A DNA stretch of 64,000 bases from Escherichia coli. GTDB lineage: Bacteria; Pseudomonadota; Gammaproteobacteria; Enterobacterales; Enterobacteriaceae. Below, piece by piece: positions 30,427-39,113 of the stretch (position 1 is the first letter of the stretch; every line of letters begins with the position of its first letter). The stretch is from assembly GCF_024700885.2 (NCBI RefSeq), contig NZ_CP117016.1; one strand, 5' to 3'. Below the pieces are notes generated by a model. That model was given only the letters and a program-made list of their open reading frames with translations. It had not been told where the DNA came from and searched no databases. A program made the translations under genes and the position numbers.

Positions 30427-31158
30427 TTACTCTTCTTCCTCACGCCCAAGATATGAAAGAGATGTGACTGCTGTTGCATGGAAACAACAAACCTTGCTAA
30501 GTGCGCTTTTAAACTCTTCAAGGTCGGATTGCGATTTGATTCTGAAAGGTGACTGCGCAATCCCGGACATGGTAATGCCGCTAACATTGCTCACTGCGCT
30601 GTAGTGATATACGTGCCTATTAGCTGATTGAGCCACGTGTTCCTGTTGGCTGTTTATATTGGCGTCCTGTCTTGTGTTGGCCTGCTCCAACTCTTCGATA
30701 CGTTCAGCCATCGCAGCACACTCTTCAAAGTTGCTTAATGCTTTTCGCTCCGATTCAGCGCATTGTTTTTCCAGTTCTGCTATGCGCTTACCTCCATCCA
30801 CGATTACTCCCTCGTAATGCTCGCGCTGCTCGTTGAGTTTTGATTTTGCCGACTCCAGTTGTTTTGTTAGTTCCGCAATACGGCAAACATCGTTGATACG
30901 CGTTTCCTCTAATGCGTTGATCTCATCCAGTAGTGCCAGCGCAACTTTTGGTGGGATAGCCGCGATATAACGGGCATTAGCACCAGCATTCCTTTGCCCA
31001 TCAATGCCAGGCCAGTCAATAAAGTATCCGCAATGCCTACCCTCAGACGTGCGCGCAGGATAAATGCCGTTATGACCCGGCAAAATATATGCTACCCATT
31101 CATCTTGCGTTGCCTGTTCCGCCGCCTCGCGCAGTGCCTGATAATTAATCTTGCTCAC
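30427..31158 (-). CDS. Ead/Ea22-like protein
   Basis: N-terminus MSKINYQALREAAEQATQDEW typical of Ea22-like proteins; central coiled-coil. Confidence 0.6.
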   Translation of the reverse strand: MSKINYQALREAAEQATQDEWVAYILPGHNGIYPARTSEGRHCGYFIDWPGIDGQRNAGANARYIAAIPPKVALALLDEINALEETRINDVCRIAELTKQLESAKSKLNEQREHYEGVIVDGGKRIAELEKQCAESERKALSNFEECAAMAERIEELEQANTRQDANINSQQEHVAQSANRHVYHYSAVSNVSGITMSGIAQSPFRIKSQSDLEEFKSALSKVCCFHATAVTSLSYLGREEEE

Positions 31159-31808
31159 TGGCTGCCTCCTTTGCGAAGCTGTTCAGCGATATCTTCGAGA
31201 ACGCCATCAGAGAATGAGCGGTCAAAATCGCCTTCCCGCGCATTAGCCATAAACTCAGTAGAGGTAAGAATCATCCGGGCAATATCCGCGGCGTTCTTCG
31301 CAGTATCATCAATAAAACCAGCTTCCCAAGCAGCCAGCATTCTGTTCGCCACAAAGTAAGCGCCCTCCTTGCGTGCTTCAGTCTTCACTTCATCCAGGAA
31401 AGTGTCGGTCGCAGGAGTGGTTTTTTGTGGTGATAGGGCGATACGAATTGTTTCAAGAGCTGGATCTATTTCCACTGTTGGCACTTTGATAAAACCAAGC
31501 TGCACGCCATTCATAATGAACGTGCGGCGATCCTCACATATCGCCTTCAGCGCCGCATTCTCCGCTGCCAGCGCCGAAAACTTCTCATGTGCCAACTTAA
31601 CAGCCGAATCAGCCTGCTTAATTGACTCAATCGCTCTCTGGTGGTCTTCGGCCAGCGCATTAGCACGCACCAGTTGCACTTCAAGTTGCGTTGCCAAATC
31701 GCTGATCAGCTTTGCCACACTGCGCATATCAACGGCACCACATTCTGCTTTCAGTTCCGAAGCCATCTCATGCCCGGTGGAAACTAACCCTTTGATATTA
31801 CTTTCCAT
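31155..31808 (-). CDS. hypothetical coiled-coil protein
   Basis: ORF with 4-nt overlap to the downstream gene. Confidence 0.45.
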   Translation of the reverse strand: MESNIKGLVSTGHEMASELKAECGAVDMRSVAKLISDLATQLEVQLVRANALAEDHQRAIESIKQADSAVKLAHEKFSALAAENAALKAICEDRRTFIMNGVQLGFIKVPTVEIDPALETIRIALSPQKTTPATDTFLDEVKTEARKEGAYFVANRMLAAWEAGFIDDTAKNAADIARMILTSTEFMANAREGDFDRSFSDGVLEDIAEQLRKGGSQ

Positions 31809-31869
31809 CTTTACCCTCGCTTATCCACATAACTTATTGATAACATTGATAACTAAAAAGATCGTCGAT

Positions 31870-32214
31870 TCAGAACTCTTCGATTTTCCATCCGCCACCT
31901 GCTTTCTTTGGCTTAACCGTTACCCCGATGATTCGGAACGGATACTGATCTGCGGCGATTTTGGTTTTCACCCTGGCGTCGTCTGTCCAGAAACCTTTCA
32001 CTTCGTGCAGTTCCATCTCTCCGGTGGCGAGCATCACAGCAAAATCTGGCGTATAGAACGTGTTGTCAGCTAACCGCAGCTTGATACCCTCGAATCGATA
32101 CCAGGCGATTTCCCCTGCACGTTTACGCTGCTCAAGGTGCTGGCAATACGCAGATTCTGTTTTGTTCATCTGGCCTGTTTTGAGTCGACCAAGAGCCTGC
32201 ATCTGTTTTCTCAT
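31870..32214 (-). CDS. DUF1064-like phage protein (putative nuclease)
   Basis: ~114 aa with YTPDF...HEVKG motif; nin-region position after P. Confidence 0.45.
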   Translation of the reverse strand: MRKQMQALGRLKTGQMNKTESAYCQHLEQRKRAGEIAWYRFEGIKLRLADNTFYTPDFAVMLATGEMELHEVKGFWTDDARVKTKIAADQYPFRIIGVTVKPKKAGGGWKIEEF

Positions 32215-32217
32215 GAT

Positions 32218-32294
32218 TTACCTCTGAGGTAATTAAAAACCACATAAGACACGAAATCAATAGAGTTTAGAATATTTTATTACCTGATGGGTAA
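32218..32294. promoter_or_regulatory. two operators TTACC-TCTGA-GGTAA (32218-32232) and TTACC-TGATG-GGTAA (32280-32294) flanking an AACCACATAAG motif
   Basis: Palindrome family shared with the immunity region; directly upstream of the gene starting at 32214. Confidence 0.5.
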
Positions 32295-32331
32295 TTATTT
32301 GAGCGTAAAAAAATGCGCTATCGCGCTGGTA

Positions 32332-33132
32332 TTACTTGATAAATCCTGCCGCCTTTCCCCGCCTGTATTCCTCCATCAGCCACTGCGCCGGTGTTATTCC
32401 CCCAAGGGTGGCGGCGTTAGGCATGCATCCGAAACTTCGCCCTGGTGGATGGTAAACGTCTCTCCCTGTGTCCGGAGGTGTACTCATGGGCTCTGGCTTT
32501 GCCTGTATGCTGATCACCGGATCGGGTATCTGCTGTCCGGAAGCCACCTTTTTCGCCCAATCATCGAGCAGCCTGCGCGCGTGTTTCTCAACCTCAATCT
32601 CGCTAAGCTGGCGCTGATACATTGCACGGCGGGTATCACATACGACCCAGTACATAACCGGATGTCGCCACGGGAATCTTTCGGGACCACCAGGATATAA
32701 ACTTTTTTCCTTGCTGTACCGGTGAAACTCCGCCATCACATCGTCAATGGTGACGCCAAGAACCATCTTGCTGTCTTTACACCACTTGATGAATTGCCCA
32801 GGCGACGGCCAGAACGGAGATTCACTGGCGCGGGCGTGGCGCATACCAGCAGAAACCTGTTCACGGGTTCGGATCCCCCCTTCGGCAAACGCAGCAATCC
32901 ACTGCTGTTTTGCAGCTACTTCCTGCCCTGGCGTCTTCAGGTTGGTTACCACTGCCGCCGGAAACAGTTGTTTCAGCTGTTTGAAAAGGGCATCAACAAG
33001 CCTCTCTGCTGACATGTTAACCACATTGTCATTGTTGACGTACTGATGCTCATAACCTGACATGCGAGAAAGGGCTTCTCCGTCACGGTTTTGTATCGCG
33101 GTAAAAACGTTGTTCACAAGAAATCCTCCCAT
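32332..33132 (-). CDS. replication protein P (DnaB helicase loader)
   Basis: GGIRTREQVSAGMRHARASESPFWPSPGQFIKWC closely parallels lambda P. Confidence 0.8.
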   Translation of the reverse strand: MGGFLVNNVFTAIQNRDGEALSRMSGYEHQYVNNDNVVNMSAERLVDALFKQLKQLFPAAVVTNLKTPGQEVAAKQQWIAAFAEGGIRTREQVSAGMRHARASESPFWPSPGQFIKWCKDSKMVLGVTIDDVMAEFHRYSKEKSLYPGGPERFPWRHPVMYWVVCDTRRAMYQRQLSEIEVEKHARRLLDDWAKKVASGQQIPDPVISIQAKPEPMSTPPDTGRDVYHPPGRSFGCMPNAATLGGITPAQWLMEEYRRGKAAGFIK

Positions 33133-33929
33133 GCTTCAGGGCTGTTCCAGTGCGGAACGTTGTTATCAGGTAATGTTGATTGCTTCTGTCTGCTAATCTG
33201 CAGCCGCCTTGCCAGCTTCTGCTCCCACTGTGCCTGATGGTATGCCTTACCCTCAGCCATCCAGTAAATTCTGAACTCTGCAAGTTCCTGTGCCGTTGGC
33301 AGACTGTCCAGGTAGATCCCCTGCAATGAGCTTTTCCGAAGAAAGTCATCTGATGGCTGCCATTGTTCATGCATGACAAATTTTCCTAATTGCCCTGGTC
33401 CACCAGGAGGAACAAAGTTATTCATCACGGCGTTGTTTGCTCCGGGGTCATGAGGCACAGAATCCCCGCTTTTTGTCCTGCTCTCCCTCTCTTGGTTAAA
33501 TGACTGGTTATATGACTGGTTCTGGATCCCGTTTTTGGGATCATTCAACATCCCGTTTTTGGGATCATTCAACATCCCGTTTTTGGGTATATTCCCGTTT
33601 TCGGGAACATTACCGTTTTCGGGTTCATTACGTCCTTCTAGGTTGCCTTTAATGTTCCCTTTTTTGGTTATATTAAGAGAGAAAACCCGCACTCTTTTCG
33701 TCGCTCCCTTTCTCTCTCCGGTATCTGAAATAAGCCCCATTTTCATGAGCGATATAAGCCCGGCCTGCACGGTTTTTTTATTCAGGCAAGTGTCTTTAAC
33801 GAGGCGTTCTATGCTGGGGTAGCAGAGGTTATATTCATCGGCTCTGTCAGCCATCGAGAGCAGTATGAGCTTTAATGACGAGCTACCTGGATCTGTCTCC
33901 CAGGCCCAATCTGTTGCATGTCTGCTCAT
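33114..33929 (-). CDS. replication initiator O-like protein
   Basis: Precedes P; N-terminal HTH-like region; central Asn/Pro/Gly-rich repeats encoded by the iterons. Confidence 0.7.
   Translation of the reverse strand: MSRHATDWAWETDPGSSSLKLILLSMADRADEYNLCYPSIERLVKDTCLNKKTVQAGLISLMKMGLISDTGERKGATKRVRVFSLNITKKGNIKGNLEGRNEPENGNVPENGNIPKNGMLNDPKNGMLNDPKNGIQNQSYNQSFNQERESRTKSGDSVPHDPGANNAVMNNFVPPGGPGQLGKFVMHEQWQPSDDFLRKSSLQGIYLDSLPTAQELAEFRIYWMAEGKAYHQAQWEQKLARRLQISRQKQSTLPDNNVPHWNSPEAWEDFL
33527..33640. repeat. origin-of-replication iterons inside the O gene
   Basis: About five direct repeats of ~23 bp (ATCCCGTTTTTGGGATCATTCAAC and CCGTTTTCGGG variants) followed by an AT-rich tract. Confidence 0.7.
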
Positions 33930-33944
33930 GATTAATCTCCGCTA

Positions 33945-34145
33945 TCAGCTTGAATGTTGTGGGGAGGAATTAATCATGATCTGCTTAATCTCAGCCCTGA
34001 TGCGACGGTTTGATTCCATGGTGCACTCAACACAGTGTCCGTTGTAAACCCAGCGTTCACTGTCATGTCCGTGCTTACATGGTTTTCCGGTGTAGTAGCG
34101 TTTAAGTCCGCGCTTTGCGGCATCAATACGTGTAATGATTTCCAT
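33945..34145 (-). CDS. small zinc-ribbon-like protein (CxHxH...CxxC)
   Basis: Start set at internal Met MEIITRIDAAK; occupies the cII-like position between cro and O. Confidence 0.4.
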   Translation of the reverse strand: MEIITRIDAAKRGLKRYYTGKPCKHGHDSERWVYNGHCVECTMESNRRIRAEIKQIMINSSPQHSS

Positions 34146-34225
34146 GGTAAGCCCTGTTATTAGTATTGGGATTACGGTCATTTTGTGCTGACACAAAAAA
34201 AAGATCAACCACATTTGGTTTTTTA

Positions 34226-34240
34226 TTACCCTTAAGGTGC
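34226..34240. promoter_or_regulatory. operator-like site TTACC-CTTAA-GGTGC plus palindrome AACCACATTTGGTT (34207-34220), downstream of a tR1-like hairpin
   Basis: Hairpin AGACCGCC/GGCGGTCT at 34265-34282. Confidence 0.4.
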
Positions 34241-34295
34241 GAATAGATATGAAAAGACCGCCGGATGGCGGTCTACAGAGGGTTGTGGCTGGATA

Positions 34296-34526
34296 TCATG
34301 AGTAGAAGAAGTATGCCAATTCTGCTTTTGAGCGCAGCCATTGTCTTGTTTTACAGGCTTTAAAAAGCCCATTCATCAATACCTTACCTGGCATTTTGCG
34401 CTTACCTGTTAAGTGAGTCTGGATATAGTGACTCGTCGTTCCGGCTTCCTGTGCGAAGGCTTCACGCTCATCCGGAGTAAGTGCAAGCCAGTGCTTTTTG
34501 AAATCGAAATGTCCGTTATCGCTCAT
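34296..34526 (-). CDS. Cro-like HTH regulator
   Basis: 76 aa; divergent from the repressor gene; HTH-like segment EAFAQEAGTTSHYIQTHLTG. Confidence 0.55.
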   Translation of the reverse strand: MSDNGHFDFKKHWLALTPDEREAFAQEAGTTSHYIQTHLTGKRKMPGKVLMNGLFKACKTRQWLRSKAELAYFFYS

Positions 34527-34562
34527 AGCTATTGCCTGATATTTATTTCAGATAATAAATAT

Positions 34563-34625
34563 TCACCCATAAGGTAACAAAAATCAAGGATAGTTACCCA
34601 TGAGGTGCATTTACCTGTTGGGTAA
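34563..34625. promoter_or_regulatory. tripartite operator in the repressor/cro intergenic region
   Basis: TCACC-CATAA-GGTAA (34563-34577), TTACC-CATGA-GGTGC (34594-34608), TTACC-TGTTG-GGTAA (34611-34625). Confidence 0.6.
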
Positions 34626-34680
34626 TATTGCTTTAAATTGAATCATCTTCTGATTCATATATGAGGCGATTTTCCAGAAA

Positions 34681-35265
34681 ATGAAAAGTATCCAAGACGT
34701 CCGCAGGCAAAATCTCAACGACTTGATCGACCGTGAATTCAATGGTGTTCAGACGCGGATGGCTGAAAAACTTGGAACTCAGGCAAATCTGGTAAACCGC
34801 TGGGCTCTTGGCAAGAAGGTTATCGGCGACCAGGTTGCGCGAAAAATTGAAGCTGCCGCCAATAAACCACGTAACTGGCTTGATATCGATCGCTCGCTTT
34901 CTCAGGAGGGTTTTCAGCCTGTCGGACCAAGCGACATTGGTCAGCTGGCGGCTCACAACCTGGAACGCTGGATGAGCGAAAGCCGCGACCTTTCAACACA
35001 GGGAAAACTTCACCGCGCATCCGGCGTCGCCCAAGTGACAATCAGCCGCCTGTTAAACAATGAGGTCAGCGTTTCCATTTCCACCCTGGAGAATGTTGCA
35101 TCTGCATTCGGACGTCACGGATATGAACTACTGATTCACCCGCACGACCCTGCAACTATCAACTATGACCGCTCGCGCTACGCATTGTTACCTGAAACCG
35201 AGAAAGCAAAGATCGAAAGTTACATTGAATTTGTCATCAACCAGAACGAAAAAAACAAACAATAA
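34681..35265 (+). CDS. prophage repressor (CI-like), two HTH domains, no S24 peptidase domain
   Basis: HTH-like segments near residues 20-60 and 110-150; no Ala-Gly / Ser-Lys autocleavage motifs seen; divergent from the cro-like gene. Confidence 0.65.
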   Translation: MKSIQDVRRQNLNDLIDREFNGVQTRMAEKLGTQANLVNRWALGKKVIGDQVARKIEAAANKPRNWLDIDRSLSQEGFQPVGPSDIGQLAAHNLERWMSESRDLSTQGKLHRASGVAQVTISRLLNNEVSVSISTLENVASAFGRHGYELLIHPHDPATINYDRSRYALLPETEKAKIESYIEFVINQNEKNKQ

Positions 35266-35286
35266 AATCATATTTTTCAGTAAGTA

Positions 35287-35311
35287 AGCCGCCAAATGGC
35301 GGCTTTTTTAT
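35287..35311 (+). terminator. rho-independent terminator after repressor gene
   Basis: AGCCGCC-aaat-GGCGGCT followed by T6. Confidence 0.65.
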
Positions 35312-35322
35312 TGTCTATTTAA

Positions 35323-35399
35323 TTACCTTGCAGGTAATTTTTTCAACTCATACCTATTGACATCAAACCAAATACGCATAATCATTACCTCAACGGTAA
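35323..35399. promoter_or_regulatory. two operators TTACC-TTGCA-GGTAA (35323-35337) and TTACC-TCAAC-GGTAA (35385-35399), OL-like
   Basis: Same palindrome family; upstream of the early-left operon. Confidence 0.55.
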
Positions 35400-35418
35400 C
35401 AAGCTGAGGTAACAAGTT

Positions 35419-35571
35419 ATGCAGTGGAAAATCATCAACGGTTGGTACTGCGTTACTGCATGCGGATTCATGAGCTGGAAGTTCCGCACCTTACAGGAAG
35501 GCATTAAGTGGGCTTTCGTCAGCAAAGAAGCTCGCGATGTGGCCAACGATAACGAGATATGGGAGGGCTGA
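35419..35571 (+). CDS. small hypothetical protein (50 aa)
   Basis: GAGGT Shine-Dalgarno; first ORF after the OL-like operators; not in the supplied ORF track (under 60 aa). Confidence 0.3.
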   Translation: MQWKIINGWYCVTACGFMSWKFRTLQEGIKWAFVSKEARDVANDNEIWEG

Positions 35572-35573
35572 TA

Positions 35574-35873
35574 ATGAACGTTAATCAGCAGCAAAATCTT
35601 CAAAAAATCATGCTGGCATTCGACAAGGACTACCGCCTGTCAGAACAGCTATATGACCGACAAGTTGAACTGATCGAAAGCATCCGGCTTCATCAACTAG
35701 CCTCAACTTTCGACGCTGTAACAGGTAAAGGCGTTCGCCAGGAAGTACTGGAGGCCGCTAAAGACAGTCCAGAGTTCGAAGAACTGATGGATTCCTACCG
35801 GCGCGAGGCAATGGCAATTATCGCCCGCTGGGATCTGGCTGATCAGCTTGATGGGCAGAGGGACGCGGCATGA
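35574..35873 (+). CDS. hypothetical early protein (99 aa)
   Basis: GGGAGGG Shine-Dalgarno; start at MNVNQQQ. Confidence 0.5.
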   Translation: MNVNQQQNLQKIMLAFDKDYRLSEQLYDRQVELIESIRLHQLASTFDAVTGKGVRQEVLEAAKDSPEFEELMDSYRREAMAIIARWDLADQLDGQRDAA

Positions 35874-36691
35874 AGCCGGGAATTTATTTCGACATCAGCA
35901 ACGAAGACTACCACGCCGGGGACGGCGTGAGTAAGTCGCAACTGGACATGGTTGCCAAGAATCCGGCGCTTCTTAAATGGGTTCAGGCAGCACCAGAAGA
36001 CGAAGAGAAAAAGTCTGCACTGGATATGGGAACCGCATTGCACTGTCTGCTTCTGGAGCCTGGAGAATTCAACAAACGCTTCATTGTTTCACCGAAATTC
36101 GATCGTCGGACGAAACAAGGTAAAGCTGACGAAGAAGCATTTCTTCGTGATGTAGCGGATATGGGGATTACGGTACTTGATGCCGAGCAGTGGCGGAAAC
36201 TGGAGCTGATGCGTGATAGCGCAATGGCTCACCCGGCGGCACGCTGGATGCTGGAAGCACCTGGTTACTGCGAAGCATCAATGTACTGGAATGATGAAGA
36301 GACTGGTGAGTTGTGCCGCATTCGTCCAGACAAATGGCTGAACGAGCACAACGTGATCGTCGACGTGAAAAAGGTTGCAGATATGGACCGTTTTGCACGC
36401 CACATCGAGGAATTCCGCTACCACGTGCAGGACGCAATGTACCGCGAAGGAGCGATGAGGGTTACTGGTCAGTCGCATGGTTTTTTCTTTCTTGCCGTGA
36501 GCGAAAGCATTGATTGTGGTCGGTATCCGGTACGCGTGTTCGAGCTGGATGCGCCGGATGTCGATGCCGGGCACGCTCTGTTCCGCCGGGATCTGAATAC
36601 CTATCACGAATGCCGCATCAATGATGAATGGGGCGGCGTGGAAATTATTAAACGCCCTGACTGGGCACGTAAACAGGATATGTACGTATGA
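35870..36691 (+). CDS. phage exonuclease (YqaJ/RecE-like PD-(D/E)xK recombination nuclease)
   Basis: Precedes a RecT-like gene with 4-nt overlap; conserved acidic and Lys residues (DVKK) of PD-(D/E)xK nucleases. Confidence 0.6.
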   Translation: MKPGIYFDISNEDYHAGDGVSKSQLDMVAKNPALLKWVQAAPEDEEKKSALDMGTALHCLLLEPGEFNKRFIVSPKFDRRTKQGKADEEAFLRDVADMGITVLDAEQWRKLELMRDSAMAHPAARWMLEAPGYCEASMYWNDEETGELCRIRPDKWLNEHNVIVDVKKVADMDRFARHIEEFRYHVQDAMYREGAMRVTGQSHGFFFLAVSESIDCGRYPVRVFELDAPDVDAGHALFRRDLNTYHECRINDEWGGVEIIKRPDWARKQDMYV

Positions 36692-37569
36692 GCAATGATA
36701 TCGCAATCACATCACAACCAGGCGCAACTGTAGGTACTGCTGCGGCAATCTTCAGCCCGGAGGGCATGAATCAACTGGTGCGTTTCGCGGAGTTGATGTC
36801 ACAAAGCAAAGCGACTGTACCGAAACATCTTGAAGGCAAACCTGCCGATTGTCTGGCGGTGACCATGCAGGCGGCACAGTGGGGAATGAACCCTTTCGCC
36901 GTGGCGCAGAAAACGCATGTGGTAAACGGAACGTTAGGCTACGAAGCACAGTTGGTAAACGCGGTCGTATCCTCTTCCAGCCTGCTAGCGACACGCCTGA
37001 ATTATCGCTGGAGCGGTGACTGGTCGAATGTTAACGGCAAAACAGATAAATCACCGAATCTGACGGTAACTGTGTCAGCAGTTCTTAAAGGAGAAGCAGA
37101 ACCCCGTGAGCTTACCATCAGTATGGCGCAAGCCGGAGTGCGTAACTCTCCATTGTGGGAACAGGATCCGCGCCAGCAGCTTGCCTATCTTTGCACGAAA
37201 CGATGGGCTCGCCTGCACGCTCCTGATGTACTTCTCGGTGTTTACACCCCTGACGAATTACAGGAAACGGCACCGCGCGTTGAGCGAGACATTACTCCGC
37301 AAACGACTACTGCTGCGGGAATGAACAGTCTGATCAACGCTAAACCAGTGAAAAAGCCTGATGAGCAAACGCGTAAAGCGGATAGCCGTGATCCAGAAGA
37401 AATGCTGATGGCCTTTACCAGCGCAGCGATGAATTACAGCACTGTCTCCGAACTGGATAAGGCTTACAAATACATTGCACAAAAACTTTCAGATGATGAC
37501 GAACTGCTGGCAAAAGCCACCGACGTTTACAGCGTTCGTCGGGAAGAATTAAACGAAACATCTATGTAA
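36688..37569 (+). CDS. recT: RecT-like single-strand annealing protein
   Basis: Family-typical N-terminal region; paired with the exonuclease gene. Confidence 0.7.
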   Translation: MSNDIAITSQPGATVGTAAAIFSPEGMNQLVRFAELMSQSKATVPKHLEGKPADCLAVTMQAAQWGMNPFAVAQKTHVVNGTLGYEAQLVNAVVSSSSLLATRLNYRWSGDWSNVNGKTDKSPNLTVTVSAVLKGEAEPRELTISMAQAGVRNSPLWEQDPRQQLAYLCTKRWARLHAPDVLLGVYTPDELQETAPRVERDITPQTTTAAGMNSLINAKPVKKPDEQTRKADSRDPEEMLMAFTSAAMNYSTVSELDKAYKYIAQKLSDDDELLAKATDVYSVRREELNETSM

Positions 37570-37618
37570 CCACCACCGCGGCGCCACGCGCGCCGCACTG
37601 CAACCAAGAGAGGTATTT

Positions 37619-37867
37619 ATGAAAGGTGCATTAGGTAAGAAGGAACTCCTGGCGGTGGTGCCACTGTCATGGAGCACTATCGACCGTATGGAGCGCGCAG
37701 GGGAATTTCCTAAACGCTGGTATATCACCGATAAACGCTGCGCATGGAACCGTGATGAAGTTGAGCGTTGGCTTGATGAACGTCAGGCAGCAAGCCCGGC
37801 AGAGTTCCAGGGTAAAAAACCTCCTGTTCAGCAACGTGTATATCGTCCTGTGAGCAACGCGGCATGA
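37619..37867 (+). CDS. AlpA-like HTH regulator / excisionase-like protein
   Basis: LSWSTIDRMERAGEFPKRWYITDKRCAWNRDEVERWL matches the AlpA/Xis winged-helix pattern. Confidence 0.6.
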   Translation: MKGALGKKELLAVVPLSWSTIDRMERAGEFPKRWYITDKRCAWNRDEVERWLDERQAASPAEFQGKKPPVQQRVYRPVSNAA

Positions 37868-37976
37868 GTGTGCTGCTAAGGCACTGGAGCAAATGGTCAG
37901 GATGGTACTTATTCCTGGCCTCTGTTTCAGCATGGCTTTATCTGCTGGCATTAATTTTCAGAGAGGGTTGGATTAA

Positions 37977-38276
37977 GTGAGAAAGTTAAGCCGACTTGAA
38001 AAATATCACATGAACAAGGTTTCAATGCGCAGCCCTTCAAAGGTTGTTGCCGTTACTCCTGCGGCGATAGAGATCGAAAAACGCGCGATTGAAAGAGAGA
38101 AAAAAGGGCAGTTCCGCATTGCCGCCCACCTTTGGCTTCAGTGTATGGATGTTGCTTCTGGTGATGTTGAACGTGCAAGGATCGCGGTTCGCAGGGACCA
38201 ATGTATCACAAAAGGTAACGGCCTTCGCCGTGGCGACTATAGCGGCATAGGATGTTGTGGGGTGGTTTATGACTAA
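37977..38276 (+). CDS. hypothetical protein
   Basis: ORF between alpA-like and methyltransferase genes. Confidence 0.4.
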   Translation: MRKLSRLEKYHMNKVSMRSPSKVVAVTPAAIEIEKRAIEREKKGQFRIAAHLWLQCMDVASGDVERARIAVRRDQCITKGNGLRRGDYSGIGCCGVVYD

Positions 38277-38919
38277 GAAATACACACTAATCTATGCAGA
38301 TCCACCCTGGGCATACCGGGACAAAGCCACAGATGGTAATCGCGGTGCCGGTTTTAAATATCCGGTTATGAGTGTGCTGGATATCTGCCGCCTTCCTGTG
38401 TGGGATTTGGCCGGTGAAAACTGTCTGTTGGCCATGTGGTGGGTGCCAACACAACCACTCGAAGCACTAAAAGTTGTTGAAGCCTGGGGATTCCGTCTGA
38501 TGACCATGAAGGGCTTCACGTGGATAAAATGTGGTAGTCGACAACCAGATAAACTGGTTATGGGGATGGGACACATGACTCGCGCCAACAGTGAAGATTG
38601 CCTGTTTGCGGTAAAGGGAAAACTACCTCCGCGCATTAATGCAGGTATCGTTCAGTCATTTACCGCACCGCGGCTTGAGCATTCAAGAAAACCAGATGTC
38701 GTTCGTGAAAAACTTGTGCAATTGTTAGGCGATGTTTCTCGCATTGAACTGTTCGCCCGCCAGTCGTCTCATGGCTTCGATGTTTGGGGTAATCAGTGCG
38801 AAGACCCGGCAGTGCAACTACACCCAGGATACGCGTTGGATATTGCCGGATTAACAAATGCATTCAGCAATGCTCCGCTGTCACCAACAGACAACCAGGG
38901 GCGGGAGCGTGCAGCATGA
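38269..38919 (+). CDS. MT-A70-family N6-adenine DNA methyltransferase (orphan)
   Basis: Catalytic motif IYADPPWAY; no adjacent restriction gene. Confidence 0.8.
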   Translation: MTKKYTLIYADPPWAYRDKATDGNRGAGFKYPVMSVLDICRLPVWDLAGENCLLAMWWVPTQPLEALKVVEAWGFRLMTMKGFTWIKCGSRQPDKLVMGMGHMTRANSEDCLFAVKGKLPPRINAGIVQSFTAPRLEHSRKPDVVREKLVQLLGDVSRIELFARQSSHGFDVWGNQCEDPAVQLHPGYALDIAGLTNAFSNAPLSPTDNQGRERAA

Positions 38920-39110
38920 ACAGGGCATCACCAGCAGATTTAAGGAAATGCCTTGAAACTGCAAACATGCTTGCACACAGCGGGATCAGGTTTGTTCCAA
39001 TTCCCGCTGTCACTGATGCTGAATTTGCAACACTGTCAGCAATATTCACAGATAAAATTGAATCACTGGCAGCAGAAGCCGAGATGGAAGAAAATCAGCA
39101 GAACTATTAA
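38916..39110 (+). CDS. small hypothetical protein (64 aa)
   Basis: ATG overlaps methyltransferase stop (ATGA). Confidence 0.4.
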   Translation: MNRASPADLRKCLETANMLAHSGIRFVPIPAVTDAEFATLSAIFTDKIESLAAEAEMEENQQNY

Positions 39111-39113
39111 ACG

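Noticed and set aside
30234-30587. 117-aa minus-strand ORF spanning the Ea22-like gene 3' end
   Set aside because: Upstream half overlaps the Ea22-like gene in another frame; only the downstream 62 codons (30234-30422) fill an otherwise empty gap, and these are kept as a low-confidence CDS
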